Positions 41,814 to 55,449 are shown, counted from the stretch's first letter. The stretch: 64,000 nucleotides of DNA from Octopus vulgaris (GCA_951406725.2 OX597837.1:41664001-41728000); one strand, 5' to 3'. A program made the numbers and translations. The notes: generated from the letters alone by a model not told the origin.

Positions 41814-42068
41814 CTCTCTCTCTCACTTTCTCCTCATCCATCACCCTCTTGTACTGTCTTATATTCCTCCCCACCACTACAAACTCAATACCACTATAAA
41901 ATGGTCAAAACTTTTCACACAGGAACTTAGTTTGATTTGAAAACCCCACTAGAATGGGAGAAAGCGCTAATACATGATCTAAGTTATATGATGTATAAAA
42001 ACATGTAATATACAAATAAATATCTATAAATATAAAACCATCCGAATTTCTGAGTACCTCATTTCTTC

Positions 42069-42106
<38 letters not shown>

Positions 42107-42239
42107 TATTGCAGTGGTCCTTCAGTTTTTCTAAGCCCTGTAAAAGAACTTGGAAAGTTGAGCCTCCAACGAGGCCTTTCATGATGCCATCAAAACCAGG
42201 AGCTTTTTCAGCTCACCCTTGTATATTACTAAGATTGCT

Positions 42240-42515
42240 AACACTGTGCAAGGGAGCCACTGGTTGGATTCTGAGATTATTCAGAGCAAATAAAAAGGAT
42301 ACCCTGCTAACCCTATGGAAAACAGTTGTCCCCAGTCACTGGATTACTGCCCCCAATTTGTGGTTGCCATGAAGCATTAAACTAATAGCTGAACTCAATG
42401 CAATTCAAAACCACAACACAAAGAAAATTGACTCAGTACAACAGATGAGCTTTTGGGAGTGGCTGAAAGCACTGAGGCCCTATTCCCTTGAGAGAAGACA
42501 CAAAAGATGTGTGGT
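42240..42515 (+). mobile_element. CR1-like RT C-terminal remnant
   Basis: TKKIDSVQQMSFWEWLKALRPYSLERR. Confidence 0.7.
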
Positions 42516-42646
42516 TGAAAGAGGGGTGTGCAAGGACTCTGTTTAACCCTTCAATGTTTAAAACGGCCATATCTGGTCCAAGTATTCTTCGGGTTTTATA
42601 TTCAAATTGACCAGATCTGGCCTCTCACACCTAACCTACAATGTCC

Positions 42647-43059
42647 AGATCTTTTCAGTTTGACCGGCAGTTTTTTCTAGCGGTGTCATATGAAATTGTC
42701 ACCCATAATTATGACCCTAGTATCGATCTATTGCATTTCAATCTGTTTTAGGGTTAGGGGTGGGGGAAGGTATCTTTTTTTCTTCAGAAATGTAAATAAA
42801 CCCAATCTGTTTCTTAAACGAGGGACATATTCATACGGCACAGAATGTTTTCACCTCAATAGACATCATTGATTGGTTGAAATTGCAGAAATTGAAGAAG
42901 AAAAAAACAACAAATATCTTACAAACTATAGAATTTTCTCAATAAAGCCAAGAGAAAAAGATGTTTTATAAACACATTCTACCAGTATATACGAAGTTTA
43001 AAAGTGATTAGTTACGTGGAAATTATTTTTAAAAACTGCCGTTCAAACCGAAAAGATCC
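42647..43059 (+). mobile_element. Merlin-like MITE, 8-bp TSD caatgtcc
   Basis: TIR gatcttttc.gtttga.cggcagttttt; exact 8-bp TSD; sits inside a TTAA-CCCT piggyBac-like MITE starting at 42543. Confidence 0.8.
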
Positions 43060-43143
43060 CAATGTCCATCTAAAAATAAACAATCACTTCATCAAAATCT
43101 TGAAGTGACAATATAAGGCATGATTAATTCAAGACAATTTGTA

Positions 43144-44193
43144 TTGGGTTGTCTGGAAAGTTCGTGCTGATTTTTAAAGGAAAGAAAAAGGTAAATAAAT
43201 ACTTGCCATTACATTTTTAATCAACCAAATATGAACCATTTTTTGTTGCACAATAACCCTCTTCCCAGAATTGAGGTGGTTTCATGGCAAAGAATTCATC
43301 AAGGTATCTTTTTACATCATCCAAGGAATTGAAATTTTTACCATTAAGACTATTCTGCAGAGACCTGAATAAGTGGAAATCCGAAGGAGCAATATCTGGT
43401 GAGTATGGAGGGTGGGGTAACACATCCCAACCGAGCTGCAGCAATTTTTGTCTGACCCCCAAAGCATCAAGTGATGTAAATGAACTTTCTCATCTTCCAT
43501 TTTAAAGGGTTACAGAATTATCACAGGTTATAGGAACATATTTCGGTCATATTATGCGGAGAAAATCCCTGGAGAAGGACATCATGCTCGGAATGGTCAG
43601 TGGCAAGAGAGGAAGAGGCCGACCAAGAACCTGCTGGCTTGACACCATCAAGAGTGATACCGGAATGGACATGGCCAGTCTGAAAGAAGCGGCCCAGGAT
43701 AGAACTGACTGGAGGACACTGATTCAACTAATGACCGAGAGTCGACTTTGACTGAGCGGTTAGAAGAAGATAGGAACATAAGTGGAGGCGCGTGGCTTAG
43801 TGGTTAGGGTGTCAGCATCATGATCATAAGTTTGTGGTTTCAATTCCTGGACCGGGCAACACGTTTTGTTCTTGAGCAAAACACTTCATTTTGTGTTGTT
43901 CCAGTTGACTCAGCTGGCAAAAAAGAGTAATGCTGCGATTGACTGGTGTCCCGTTCAACTGGGGAACACATACGCCATAGAAACCGGGAAACCGGGCCCA
44001 TGAGCCTGGCTAGGATTTAAAAGGGTGTATTTATTATTTTATAGGAACATAATACTTCTTCCACGGAAAGATAGCTTAAACTGTGCTCTAAATGGAGGTG
44101 TAGTCAAATCCTATTTTATGGACTCAACCATGTTCTAAAATAAGTCGAAAGGTAAGCTGCTATAAATCGGCACGAACTTTCTGGACAACCCAA
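43144..44193 (-). mobile_element. mariner element (internally deleted) with nested RTE and SINE
   Basis: TIR ttgggttgtc..gaaagttcgtgc, TA TSD; transposase remnant HPPYSPDIAPSDFHLFRSL (43217-43462). Confidence 0.9.
43541..43769 (+). mobile_element. RTE LINE 3' fragment, TSD ataggaacata
   Basis: YFGHIMRRKSLEKDIMLG..RGRGRPR; (GAA)n tail. Confidence 0.85.
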
Positions 44194-44351
44194 TATAAAT
44201 AAGAATTACATTTGATAGAAAAATCTGAATGCAAAAGGGTTACTGAACAGCAGTGCATTGCTTCAAAATTTTGATGATGTGATTGTATTCCTTTAGAAGG
44301 ACATCATAGGATAGGGATAAGAGACAGGATCTGACTGGTTTGAACATGAAA

Positions 44352-44844
44352 TATCATAAATCCTCGAGTATAGTCTGCCCTTGAGTATAATACACAGGGG
44401 ATTTTTAGGGAGCTGTACCTCTGAAAGACCTAAACCTTGTGTATAATACGCACCCCTTCTCTAAATTGAGTCAAGGAGGTCTATATAACATCCAACGTCC
44501 TTTATTATTATTGTATATATAACATAATGCAAATGTGTAGCTTTTTTGTGCATTTTGTTTGCAGAAAATAAAGAAATAACAGTAATAGCGTTTAATAAAT
44601 GTTGCTTATTGCAAGTTATGGATGATTCTTTTAGGACTTCATTGCTTTCAGGCTTAGCTTAAGGTATTTTCGCGCCCGACATCACAAAATGCGTCTGAAT
44701 AAACATAGCCGGACAGCAAATAGAGACTCGGACATAGCTTAGAAAATATTTTTCATTTTCAACCTCGTATATAGTACGCACTAGGGATTTTGACCTTTAA
44801 ATTTTTTGGGAAAAAATGCGGATTATACTCGAGGATTTACGGTA
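44352..44844. mobile_element. Tc1/pogo-like MITE
   Basis: TIR taaatcctcgagtata / tatactcgaggatttacggta. Confidence 0.65.
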
Positions 44845-45896
44845 GGTAGAATATTTGGGCTGGTTATGACCAGTTTAAATGCTAATGGGTTGAAGAAAAT
44901 TTGCACAAAGTTTTATCTGAGGTAGCAGAGAAATCCACATTGAATGCTGGGAAACTAGAACAAAAATTTAGAAAAGCAGCTCTCTTCAACTCATTACTTC
45001 ACCAGAAACAGTTCTGCAGAGAGAGAGAGCCAGGAATTAAATGTGAAATAAAAACCAATAGCACTAAAGGTAATCCATCTTTTAGAACAGTAAGAGCAAC
45101 CTTTAGTTGAATCAATATATTGGATACTGAAGTACTTGCATTAAATATTAAGGTTGTGCTTCTAGGGGGATTTAACCCTTTTGAGTATATAACAGCTATG
45201 GGCTGGTCCAAAGCACATGTATTGATCACATGGTGTTTGGTATACTCTAGGATGTCCAATGAATCATGGATCCCTTTTGGTGTATTACAAGCAAACAGAT
45301 AACGGATGATGGATAAATGTCAGAAAAAGCCGCAATGATATTTATCAATCATATTTATTTGCTTATATATACATATAGACATATATATATATAACTATAT
45401 ATATATATATATATATAAATATATCTGTATATATATATATTTATATAGTTCAGCAAAATTTAGATTCAGATGAATATGGTACTTAAGTCAAAGGCACCAG
45501 AATTTTGTATGGTATTATCCATATAAATCAGATGGGGTGATTATAATCAAAATAAGCAAAAAGGATATCCAAGGTAGCGTAGTACAATTGGTTCATGCTA
45601 CTTCATTTTATTAAACAGTGTAAGTATTACATCAGTTTTAAAACGTTGAGCAATCTTCAGCCACATATAGAAATTTTTCAATCAAACGGACAATGCACAT
45701 TCTTATCTCTATTTCATTTGCCAACATTATAAAGAAGGTAGATACACAGACAGAGAGGTTGATTTCATTCTTAAGAACATGATAGTAGTAAATATATATA
45801 TATATACATATATATATAAGGTGGTGCTCCAGCATGGCCACAGTCAAATGACTGAAACAAGTAAAAGAGTAAAAGAGAATATGCATAAATATATAT

Positions 45897-45938
<42 letters not shown>

Positions 45939-46078
45939 GGTTTAAGTAATTGAGATTCAAGTGAATTCTAATGAATTCACATGAATATGGTCCTTAACTA
46001 GGATGCACCGGAAATCTATATGGTGTTAAGTGGGGTGATTACAAATAGGAAAAAAAGCAACAAGAATGGATTAAAATC

Positions 46079-46162
46079 TCGGTACGATCGTTTCGTACGA
46101 GGACATCTTTAATAAGCTACAAAAAATGCAGTAAATATAGATGGCTTGTACTCATCAGCCGA
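46079..46162 (-). ncRNA. Type I hammerhead ribozyme, intact core
   Basis: On -: tcgg-CTGATGA-gtac..gtac-GAA-ACGATCGT-A-ccga; in a PLE-like element (~45938-46740) between (TA)n tracts. Confidence 0.82.
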
Positions 46163-46762
46163 AAAAACATCAGAGATTCCCAAACATCAAAAGGGGTGGA
46201 TACAAATGAGGGTGTGAGTTTAACTGCATTGAAGAAAGTTCAATTCCTGGAGATCCGATGAGAGGTCTTGAACTTACAGAATTTGTGCATGTCCATATAT
46301 AGCTCATATTGAATTGTTAATCAAGTTATGTGAAGAAATTTTGGATACAGTCATGCGAAATTTCTGAGAATCCGAGTAAGAAGCAAAGTAACAGTCTTAT
46401 CATGTAGAGGAACAGGTTGTTATTGAAATTTACAAGAATCACAGAGAAGAGGAAGGAAGTAGAATTTAGTCAGTTACTGCTATTAATTGCTATCAAAGAG
46501 AAGGGAACAGGAAGCTAAAGGGTGGGACACAAGTTGATACTATAAGAAAAATCTAAGCTTATTTGGGGCAAGATTCGAACTAAGGTCAATTAATTTATTT
46601 CTTTATTTATTAAAGTTACTATTAATAGATTGTCAGGTTACAATGAGAGGTCAGAAGAAAGTAAAGAAAAAAAGAAAAAAAGGAGTTGTTTTCAAATGAA
46701 ACCAAACAATTATATTATACTATATTATATTATAATATATTATAATATATTATATATATATA

Positions 46763-46821
<59 letters not shown>

Positions 46822-46905
46822 CAAGAAAAAATTATAAAAAGACAGAATGCTAAATTGAAAGAAAATTTTAATGAAAATGGGTGTATGGAAAATTTTGAAA
46901 AATTG

Positions 46906-46946
<41 letters not shown>

Positions 46947-46959
46947 TATGTATACACAT

Positions 46960-47000
<41 letters not shown>

Positions 47001-47609
47001 AATATATATATACATATATACATATAGGGGGCACGCCAAAAGTCAAGCACGAAATAAGTTTAATGTGCTCTGGAATTGTCAAATGTTTGCTTCAGTTTTT
47101 ATAAAATTGAATAAAATAAATAATATAGACACATATGCATATATATATGCACACACATGTGTAATATATATTATATACCCAGTTATGTAATCTATATACA
47201 TCTGTAGATACATGCATAATAAAAGCACCTGTTACACTCTCAGAGTGGTTGGAGTTAGGAAAGGCATCCAGCTGTAGAAACCATACCAAATCAGACTCAA
47301 GTTTGGTGCAGCCCCTCAGCTTACCAGCCCTATTCAAGCCGTCAAACCCATGCCAGCATGGACAATGGACGTTGAATGATGATAATGATGATGATAATAT
47401 ATGTATATATATTCACATACACATATATGAATATACATACATGCATATGTATATATATATATATATATATGCATAATATGTATATGAATATAGGAGATAT
47501 AAATGTGTGTGTATATATATTTGTGTGTATTTATACGTACATATGTATGTATATATATATAAATATATATATATATAAATATCTATCTATCTATCTATAT
47601 ATATACGTT

Positions 47610-47662
<53 letters not shown>

Positions 47663-47864
47663 GGTTGCCAGCCCTCAGTCAAAACCGTCCAACCCATGCT
47701 AGCATGGAAAACGGACGTTAAATGATGATGATGATATATATATATATATATACATTTTTTAATTAGGGCTCAGTAAAATAATTTACTTTACCACACACTG
47801 AAACTTTTAGAAATAGCAGCCAAAAAGTTTTTTTTAGCTATTTCTTCTACTATAGAAAAGTCTC

Positions 47865-47903
<39 letters not shown>

Positions 47904-48879
47904 CATACGTTCATATACATATAAGGGAAGATAATAAATTACATACATACAACCCTCCCGTGGTGTGCTGAACAATACTGCATTATCTGCCCATGCGAGA
48001 GGTTGAATTAGAGCTCTTCAATAACGAGATAGTACTTGTCGTTTATTTTGGCGGCAAAATGCGAGCAACTTGTTGGAAGGTCAGTAAAACTTTTTCTCCT
48101 AAAGTATTTGTACACACGCGTGAATATACACATATATCTATATACTCGTAGAAATATACATTCACACACGTACGTAGTATTCTAGTTTGTTGTATAGATC
48201 TATTATTTTCGCCTTAAAATATTCCTATGCATTTTTGATAAGCGTTTTTGGCCAAACATTGCAAAACTCAAAAAATGGTAAATATTCCACTTATAATATC
48301 TATGTTTAACCACAGCTCCTGTAATAAGACTTCGACTCATTCTCTCGGCTATTCTAGAAATAATAATCAAGTATTCTTTAAATTACATACCCTACCGTAA
48401 TTATCGTAAATATAAATTTGACGGGGTTCTGATTTTAAAACAGCTCATAACTCCCTTAAACGAGGGACATATTCATACGGCACAATGTTTTTTTACCTCA
48501 ATAGACGTCATTGGTTGAAATTGCAAAAATTGAAGAAAATAGCAACAAATATCTTACAAACTATAGAATTTCTCAATAAAGCCAAGAGAAAAAGATGTTT
48601 TATAAACACATTCTACCAGTATACGATGTTTTGAATTTTTTAGTTACCTAGAAATTATGTTAAAAACTGCCGATCAAACCGAAAAGATCTCTTTTTTTTA
48701 TTCTTAGAAATTTCCAGAAAATTTTTCCAAATTTGTATTCTACACACAGGAATTTATACGGTTACGCAAAAAAAAAAAAAAAAAAGTGATTTAGCTGTTA
48801 TTTTTAGCTCTTCTGCCGAGCACGTGTTGCCCTCTAAAAAAATGTTAAAAAGTTTTGAGGAAAAGCCAAAATTTTTGCC

Positions 48880-49700
48880 ATAATTTTGGTTGACTTACAG
48901 CAATGGCTGCCGCTTCCACGTTGGAATTCTTCTGTTTTGGTCAAGAATTCTCTTTGACGGGAGTTAGGATGTAAACACGTGCTAAAACTTCCTCATAACT
49001 TTTTTTTTGTTATTTTTGCGAATTTTTCGAAAATTTTTCGATTCTGTCTTCTGTATAATGGAATTGGTGGAAGTAAAGGACATAGACAGCACCAATCCCC
49101 CCCCCCTTTTCTACAGAATCCCACTTTTCGACTGCCGAGATTCCGAATTTGGTAAAAAAAAAAAAAGTTATTAGAATAACGTAAAACGACGTTTTTAGAG
49201 TATGATGGGGGTACCAAAAAAACATGTAGTGTGTTAATTCTTTAAAGGACAAATGAGATAATGTGTCTGAAATAATAGGACGTGTGGTCACGGCTGGAAT
49301 GGAGTTAAATGACGACTCGAAATTTTTTTTTTTTTTCGTGGAAGGCTTTATTTCATCAAACTCGCGCATCCGCGCTAGCTAGTCGTGACTAGTCGATCCT
49401 TACTTTGTGTTTTTGTTTTATTTACTTTGCTAGGTAGTCGTTATAAGATCGACTAGTCACGACTAGCTAGTGCGCGCACGGGGACCACTCTTAAATAGTA
49501 CCATCTATGTATATATTTTTTTTATTCATTTTATCTAGTTTCAGCTCACGAGCTGTGGCCATGCTGGGGCACCATATATATGTTTTAATTTTTTTTTTGT
49601 CTAATGTAGAAGTTGACGTCCCGTGTGTGTGTCTTTGACATCCCATCAAACACACACTCTCGCTCGCTCTCTCTCTCACATACACACATCAAATCTTCCG
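48880..49700. promoter_or_regulatory. CpG-enriched unique island upstream of PRIMPOL; candidate (possibly bidirectional) promoter
   Basis: CpG density, cacgtg E-boxes, tgacgtc, GTAAGT donor on - at ~48889; function inferred only. Confidence 0.35.
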
Positions 49701-50465
49701 ATTCACGCAAACATCAAAAGATCCCATGTACCCCCCAACCCCATATATAAAAAAAAAATTGGCCTAACTTCGGTATAGGTACCTGAAATACCAGATACAT
49801 TTCAAGAAAGTTGGTTTTTTTAAAAATATATATATGGGGATTAGGGGTGGGAGAAAAGGTTATCAAGCCACTTACGGTACCTATACCGAAGGATCGCCCC
49901 CAAGTTTTTTTAATTTTACGGAAATCGACGATCACCTTCACAAATGTAAATAAACATATAACGGGCTTCTTTCAGTTTCCGTCTACCAAATCCACTGACA
50001 AGGCTTTGGTTGGCCCGTGGCTATAGTAGAAGACACTTGCCCAAGGTGTCACCACATAGCCACACTTGCGCCTATACATATGAGTTTTTTTAAAAAGATA
50101 TTTAGCCATTCATTTGAATTATCTGTTTATCGTTTATAAATCCACATTCTCTGTTCATGTCGTGAGTTCAAATCCCATTGGGGTTGCTTTTTCGTAATTT
50201 CGTGGACGACCAAATTTAATATTGAATTCACGCGCGAAAAGATGTCAGTTTCATCATGGCCAAGGGAGGAAACTCCAAACATTCCGTTTGCAGTTATTTC
50301 CCTTAGCGTCTAGCACCTGTAATTGAAATACTAACAGTCCGAAATTTTAGCTTAAATTCCAGCAATTGACCGCACCTGGGTGCAAAATTAGGCAAGACAT
50401 CCGCCCCCCTTCTCCAATAAAAACCACCCTTTAAGTTTGATTTTTTTTCCGATACAAGCACCCCC

Positions 50466-50872
50466 GGATCTTTTCGGTTTGAACGGCAGTTTTTTTTCTA
50501 GCGGTGTCATATGAAATTGTCACCCATAATTATGACCCTAGTATCGATCTATTGCATTTCAATCTGTTTTCGGGGTGGGGGAAGGGTATCTTTTTTTCTT
50601 CAGATATGTAAATAAACCGAATCTGTTTCTTAAACGAGGAACATATTCATACTGCACAGAATGTTTTTTACTTCAATGAACGTCATTGATCGGTTGAAAT
50701 TGCAGAAATTGAAGAAGAAAAAAAAACAACAAATATGTTACAAACTATAAAATCTTCTCAATAAAGCCAAGAGAAAAAGATGTTTTATAAACACATTCTA
50801 CCAGTATACGAAGTTTAAAAGTGTTTAATAACCTAGAAATTATGTTAACTGCCGTTCAAACCGAAAAGATCC
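50466..50872 (+). mobile_element. Merlin-like MITE, 8-bp TSD gcaccccc
   Basis: GGATC..GATCC termini; exact TSD. Confidence 0.82.
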
Positions 50873-51041
50873 GCACCCCCTTTTTGGCTACGGGGAATAC
50901 GAATCTGCAATCTTCCGCAACACGTCTAGCCATGGAAAAGCTAGCTTTCTAAGAAACTGGTAGGGGTTCGCATCAAGCCTCAGAAAATCTGCAATAGAGA
51001 AATTGTTTGATCCATGCCACCAGCATGGAAAAGAAAACCTT

Positions 51042-51431
51042 GGATCTTTCCGGTTTGACTGGCAGCTTTTTAAAATAATTTCCATGTAACTAAAGAATTT
51101 TTAATTTCGTATACTGGTACAATGTGTTTATAAAACATCTTTTTCTCTTGGCTTTATTGAGAAAATTCTATGGCTTGTAAGATATTTGTTGGGTTTTTTC
51201 CTGCAATTTCAACCTATCAATGACGTCTATTGAGGTGAAAACATTCTGTGCCGTATGAATATGTCCCTCGTTTAAGAAACAGATTGGGTTTATTTACATT
51301 TCTGAAGAAAAAAAAAGATACCCTAACCCTAAAACCGATTGAAATGCAATAGATCGATACTAGGGTCATAATTATGGGTGACAATTTCATGACACTGCTA
51401 GAAAAAACTGCCGTTCAAACTGAAAAGATCC
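51042..51431 (-). mobile_element. Merlin-like MITE, inverted relative to the 50466 copy
   Basis: Same TIRs; degenerate 8-bp TSD. Confidence 0.8.
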
Positions 51432-51571
51432 GAATCCTTTATACATTTTATTTTTTTACAGCAACAGTTTCTGATGAAATTTCCGGATTCTAAACGATTC
51501 TTATTCCTTAAAAGAGGCTTTGGTTCGATTTTGGTAACCCTGGAATTTTACAGAACGATGCCATTGAGCTA

Positions 51572-51630
51572 ATGGATCCTGAAGTGAAATCCCAGTTTTT
51601 CCCAGCTGTCAATTTCTATGGCACTTCCAG
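51572..51630 (+). CDS. PRIMPOL: PRIMPOL candidate first coding exon (MDPEVKSQFFPAVNFYGTS)
   Basis: AG acceptor at 51553, AG|GTAATT donor, phase 2 matches next exon; homology weak. Confidence 0.55.
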
Positions 51631-51747
51631 GTAATTACCGTCATATCGTCATCACGCACACAATCTTATGGTCACAGTCCTCCCAGACAGCCATTCTCTC
51701 TTTATTCAGCTATAAGTACACCTTGAATTAAATTACCCAATCTGACT

Positions 51748-51975
51748 TAACCCTCTCGTTACCAACCCGGCCGAAACCAGCTCTGGCTCTCTGGTACAAA
51801 TATCTTGTTTTCATAAGTTTTGAATTAAAATCTTCCACCAAACCTTAGTCACAATTTATATTCCTAACACTAGCTGAATGATAGCTAAGTTATTTTATTA
51901 AATTTTTTGTTATATTGAAAGTAATTGAAAGAAATACGGAGCATCTCAAAATAAATACTGTAACGAAAGGGTTAA
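51748..51975. mobile_element. piggyBac-like MITE (TTAA-CCCT..AGGG-TTAA)
   Basis: Termini and TTAA flanks; other TTAA-CCCT MITEs at 59013-59241 and 61026-61240. Confidence 0.65.
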
Positions 51976-52537
51976 ACCTTTAAAATTTAAACTGACTGTA
52001 TCTGTCCAAAAGAACCCCCCGCTCTCCGTTTTCATTCAAGCTGACCTGATCTGGTCTCTCACACTTATCCTACAATGTCATTCTAAAAATATGCGCTCGC
52101 ATCATTGAAATCTCAAAGCCATGAGATAATACATGATTAATTTAAAGCATTGTCAATAAATATTACAATGAGGCGGGGGCGAATGCTAAAGGGTCAAAGG
52201 ATGTGACTGCTGTTTCTAGTGGGTCAACTGACCTCTTAGAGCAGTGGTTGTCAACCGGGTTCCATATGTCGACCAAAGCCTTGTGAGTGGATTTGGTAGA
52301 CGGAAACTGAAAGAAGCCCGTCGTATATATGTGTATGTTTGTGTGTCTGTGTTTGTCTCCCTAGCACTACTTGACAACCGACGGTGGTGTGTTTATGTCC
52401 CCGTTACTTAGCGGTTTGGCAAAATAGACTGACAGAATAAGTACAGGGCTTACAAAGAATAAGTCCCGGGGTCGAGTTGCTCAATTAAAGGTGGTGCTCC
52501 AGCATGGCTGCAGTCAAATGACTGAAAAGAGTAAAGA

Positions 52538-52592
<55 letters not shown>

Positions 52593-53224
52593 AAGGTATG
52601 TAGAAAAATACAACATGGACAAGAACGTATAACTCAAGAAGACGATACAATAAACACGGACAGGACATTCGAAACCCTCAGTCTTCAGTCAAGAACCGGA
52701 TCATCGTAGTAATTTCGGCTGATTAAAATCGTTAAGATAACAAAAGAAAGAAAAAGACCTCAATATTATGTAAATAGAGGAAATTTATCTGTAAAATTAT
52801 GTTACAATTAGATGAAGAGATGGTGGTGTGGATTTCCACCTCGGCATCCGAAACTCAGTTTTATCTTGGCTACCGAATAATTGTCACATTATTTTACAGA
52901 TAGATATATATAAATATATATATAACGCTAGCCACTACACATTCTTTATTTTCTCTCCTTGTTTCTTTCATTGGAAGAGCGTAGGCACGAAACATTAAAG
53001 ACTTTTTCACTTCCCGAGCATTATACTAACACATCTGTTTGTTGTCTACACCACCTGTCTTCGTCTTTTGTTTCTTTTTGTGAATTATCCCTATATATAT
53101 ATGTATGTATACCCATGCTAGCTCAGTCCAACCCATGCTAGCATGGAAAACGGATGCTAAAATGATGATGATGATGTATGTATGTATACTTGGAAATGGA
53201 TGCATGGCGTTCGATCATATAATA

Positions 53225-53255
<31 letters not shown>

Positions 53256-53828
53256 TGTACATGCATATATGGCTACAGGACGTCAAAAGAAAAAACGTGA
53301 GCAAAATGAGAAACAAGAAGATAAAAACATGGAAAACGAACTTTTATTCAAACAACGAAAGAAACAGAGAAAATAGTCAGGCAACATAAAGAACATTCCC
53401 TTCATCAGTTGTCCCCTGTTTATCTATTTTCTCATTTTGTTCATGATTTTCTGACGTCCTGTACCCATACATGCATGTATATTTACATGTAAAGCATGTA
53501 ATGTATGTGTATGTATGCATATATCACCGTGACCGATCAGGCTATCAGATGTTGCTACACATCGCTGGTCGCAATGCGCTTCGCATTGTTTTAGCCTTCA
53601 AATGACGCCACCCCGCTGGCTAAGCGAGCAGACCAATAGAAGAAAGAGTCAGAGAAAGTTGTGGTGAAAGAGTACAGCAGGGATCGCCACCACCCCCTGC
53701 CGGATCCTCGTGGAGCTTTAGGTGTTTTCGCTCAATAAACACTCACAACGCCCGGTCTGGGAATCGAAACCGCAAGTCTGCTGCCCTAACTGCTGGGCCA
53801 TTGCGCCTCCACATATGCATATATAAAA

Positions 53829-54200
53829 GTGGCTGTGTGGTAAGTAGCTTGCTAACCAACCACATGGTTCCGGGTTCAGTCCCACTGCGTGGCATCTTGG
53901 GCAAGTGTCTTCTGCTATAGCCCCGGGCTGACCAATGCCTTGTGAGTGGACTTGGTAGACGGAAACTGAAAGAAGCCTGTCGTATATATGTATATATATA
54001 TATGTATGTGTTTCTCCTTCTAGCATTGCTTGACAAACGATGCCGGTGTGTTTACGTCCCGTCACTTAGCGGTTCGGCAAAAGAGACCGATAGAATAAGT
54101 ACTGGGCTTACAAAGAATAAGTCCCGGGGTCGATTTGCGCGACTAAAGGCGGTGCTCCAGCATGGCCGCAGTCAAATGACTGAAACAAGAAAAAGAGAAA
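53829..54200 (+). mobile_element. SINE family A, full length
   Basis: Family consensus. Confidence 0.88.
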
Positions 54201-54610
54201 GATATATATATATATATATACTTGTGAGGGTCTACTGAAAAATTCTTGGTTTAGGGTAAAAGAAAATACAGGAGGATCAGTTATAGTTTTATTTAACGTA
54301 TTCCCCTCTGAGGTTCACACACTTATTGCAGTGGTCCTTCAGTTTTTCTGAGCCCTGTGAAGAAAATTGGAAGGTTCTGACTCCAACCAGCCCTTTCATG
54401 ATGCCCTTAAACCAAGGAGCTTTTCGGAATACCTTCGTGAAATAATACTCATCTGCTACAGTTTGCTATTATGCGAGGGGATCTTGTGGCTAATAAGGCA
54501 TTCAAATGTTCTTGTTTGCTTCATAGGGTTCTGGTGTCCAATAGGGGTGGTGATGGTATTTTACTCCTTATACCTACAAGATAAATTTAAGTCCCCAGAA
54601 ATCTTGTTTT

Positions 54611-55000
54611 GGATCTTTTCGGTTTGAGTGGCAGTTTTTTTGTAGCGGTGTCATATGAAATTGTCACCCGTAATTATGACCATAGTATCGATCTATTGCA
54701 TTTCAATCTGTTTTAGGGTTAGGATTAGGGGTTCAGAAATGTAAATAAACCCAATCTGTTTCTTAAACGAGGGACATATTCATACGGCACAGAATGTTTT
54801 TTTACCTCAATGGACGTCATTGATTGGTTGAAATTGCAGGAATTGAAGGAAAAAACAACAAATCTCACAAATTATAGAATTTTCTCAAGAAAGCCAAGAG
54901 AAAAAGATGTTTTATAAACACATTCTACCAGTATAAGAAGTTTAAAATTTTTTAGTTACCTCGAAATTGTTAAAAACTGCCGTTCAAACCGAAAAGATCC
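54611..55000 (+). mobile_element. Merlin-like MITE
   Basis: TIRs; TSD cttgtttt / cttattta. Confidence 0.8.
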
Positions 55001-55041
55001 CTTATTTATAAACTCAACATTTATTTTTATTTCTTTTCAAG

Positions 55042-55125
55042 AAAAAGAAAACGAATTGAAAAGAAATTGGACCAAAAAGCTGCCAAGTACTCTGAAGAAA
55101 TAATCCCAAAGAAGTTTCCTACGAG
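55042..55125 (+). CDS. PRIMPOL: PRIMPOL exon (RKRKRIEKKLDQKAAKYSEEIIPKKFPTR)
   Basis: tttcaag| ..|gtgagt; phase 2-2; corresponds to the N-terminal helix of human PrimPol (recalled sequence). Confidence 0.8.
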
Positions 55126-55449
55126 GTGAGTTAATTTTGAACAAGGGAGATAACAAACTTAAGGGAAACAACTCTGCGCTCTTTTTCTAATTGTTATATT
55201 CAGTTTCCCGCGTTATCTGTAATCTAGAACCACAGCATGGCCGTTTCGGGTTCAGTCCCACTGCACAGCACCTCAGGCAAGTGTTTTCTATCATAGTCAC
55301 GGGCAGGCTAATGCATTATGAGAGAATTTGGTACACACAAAACGTGGAATCCCTTCGTGTGTGTGTCGACCACATCGCTGTTTACGTCACCATAACAGCA
55401 GTTTGCAAAAGAGACCTGCAGGATAAGTACCAAATTTAGGGGTCAATTT

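Noticed and set aside
44999-45259. 86-aa minus-strand ORF as exon of a divergent gene
   Set aside because: No recognisable homology or convincing splice sites
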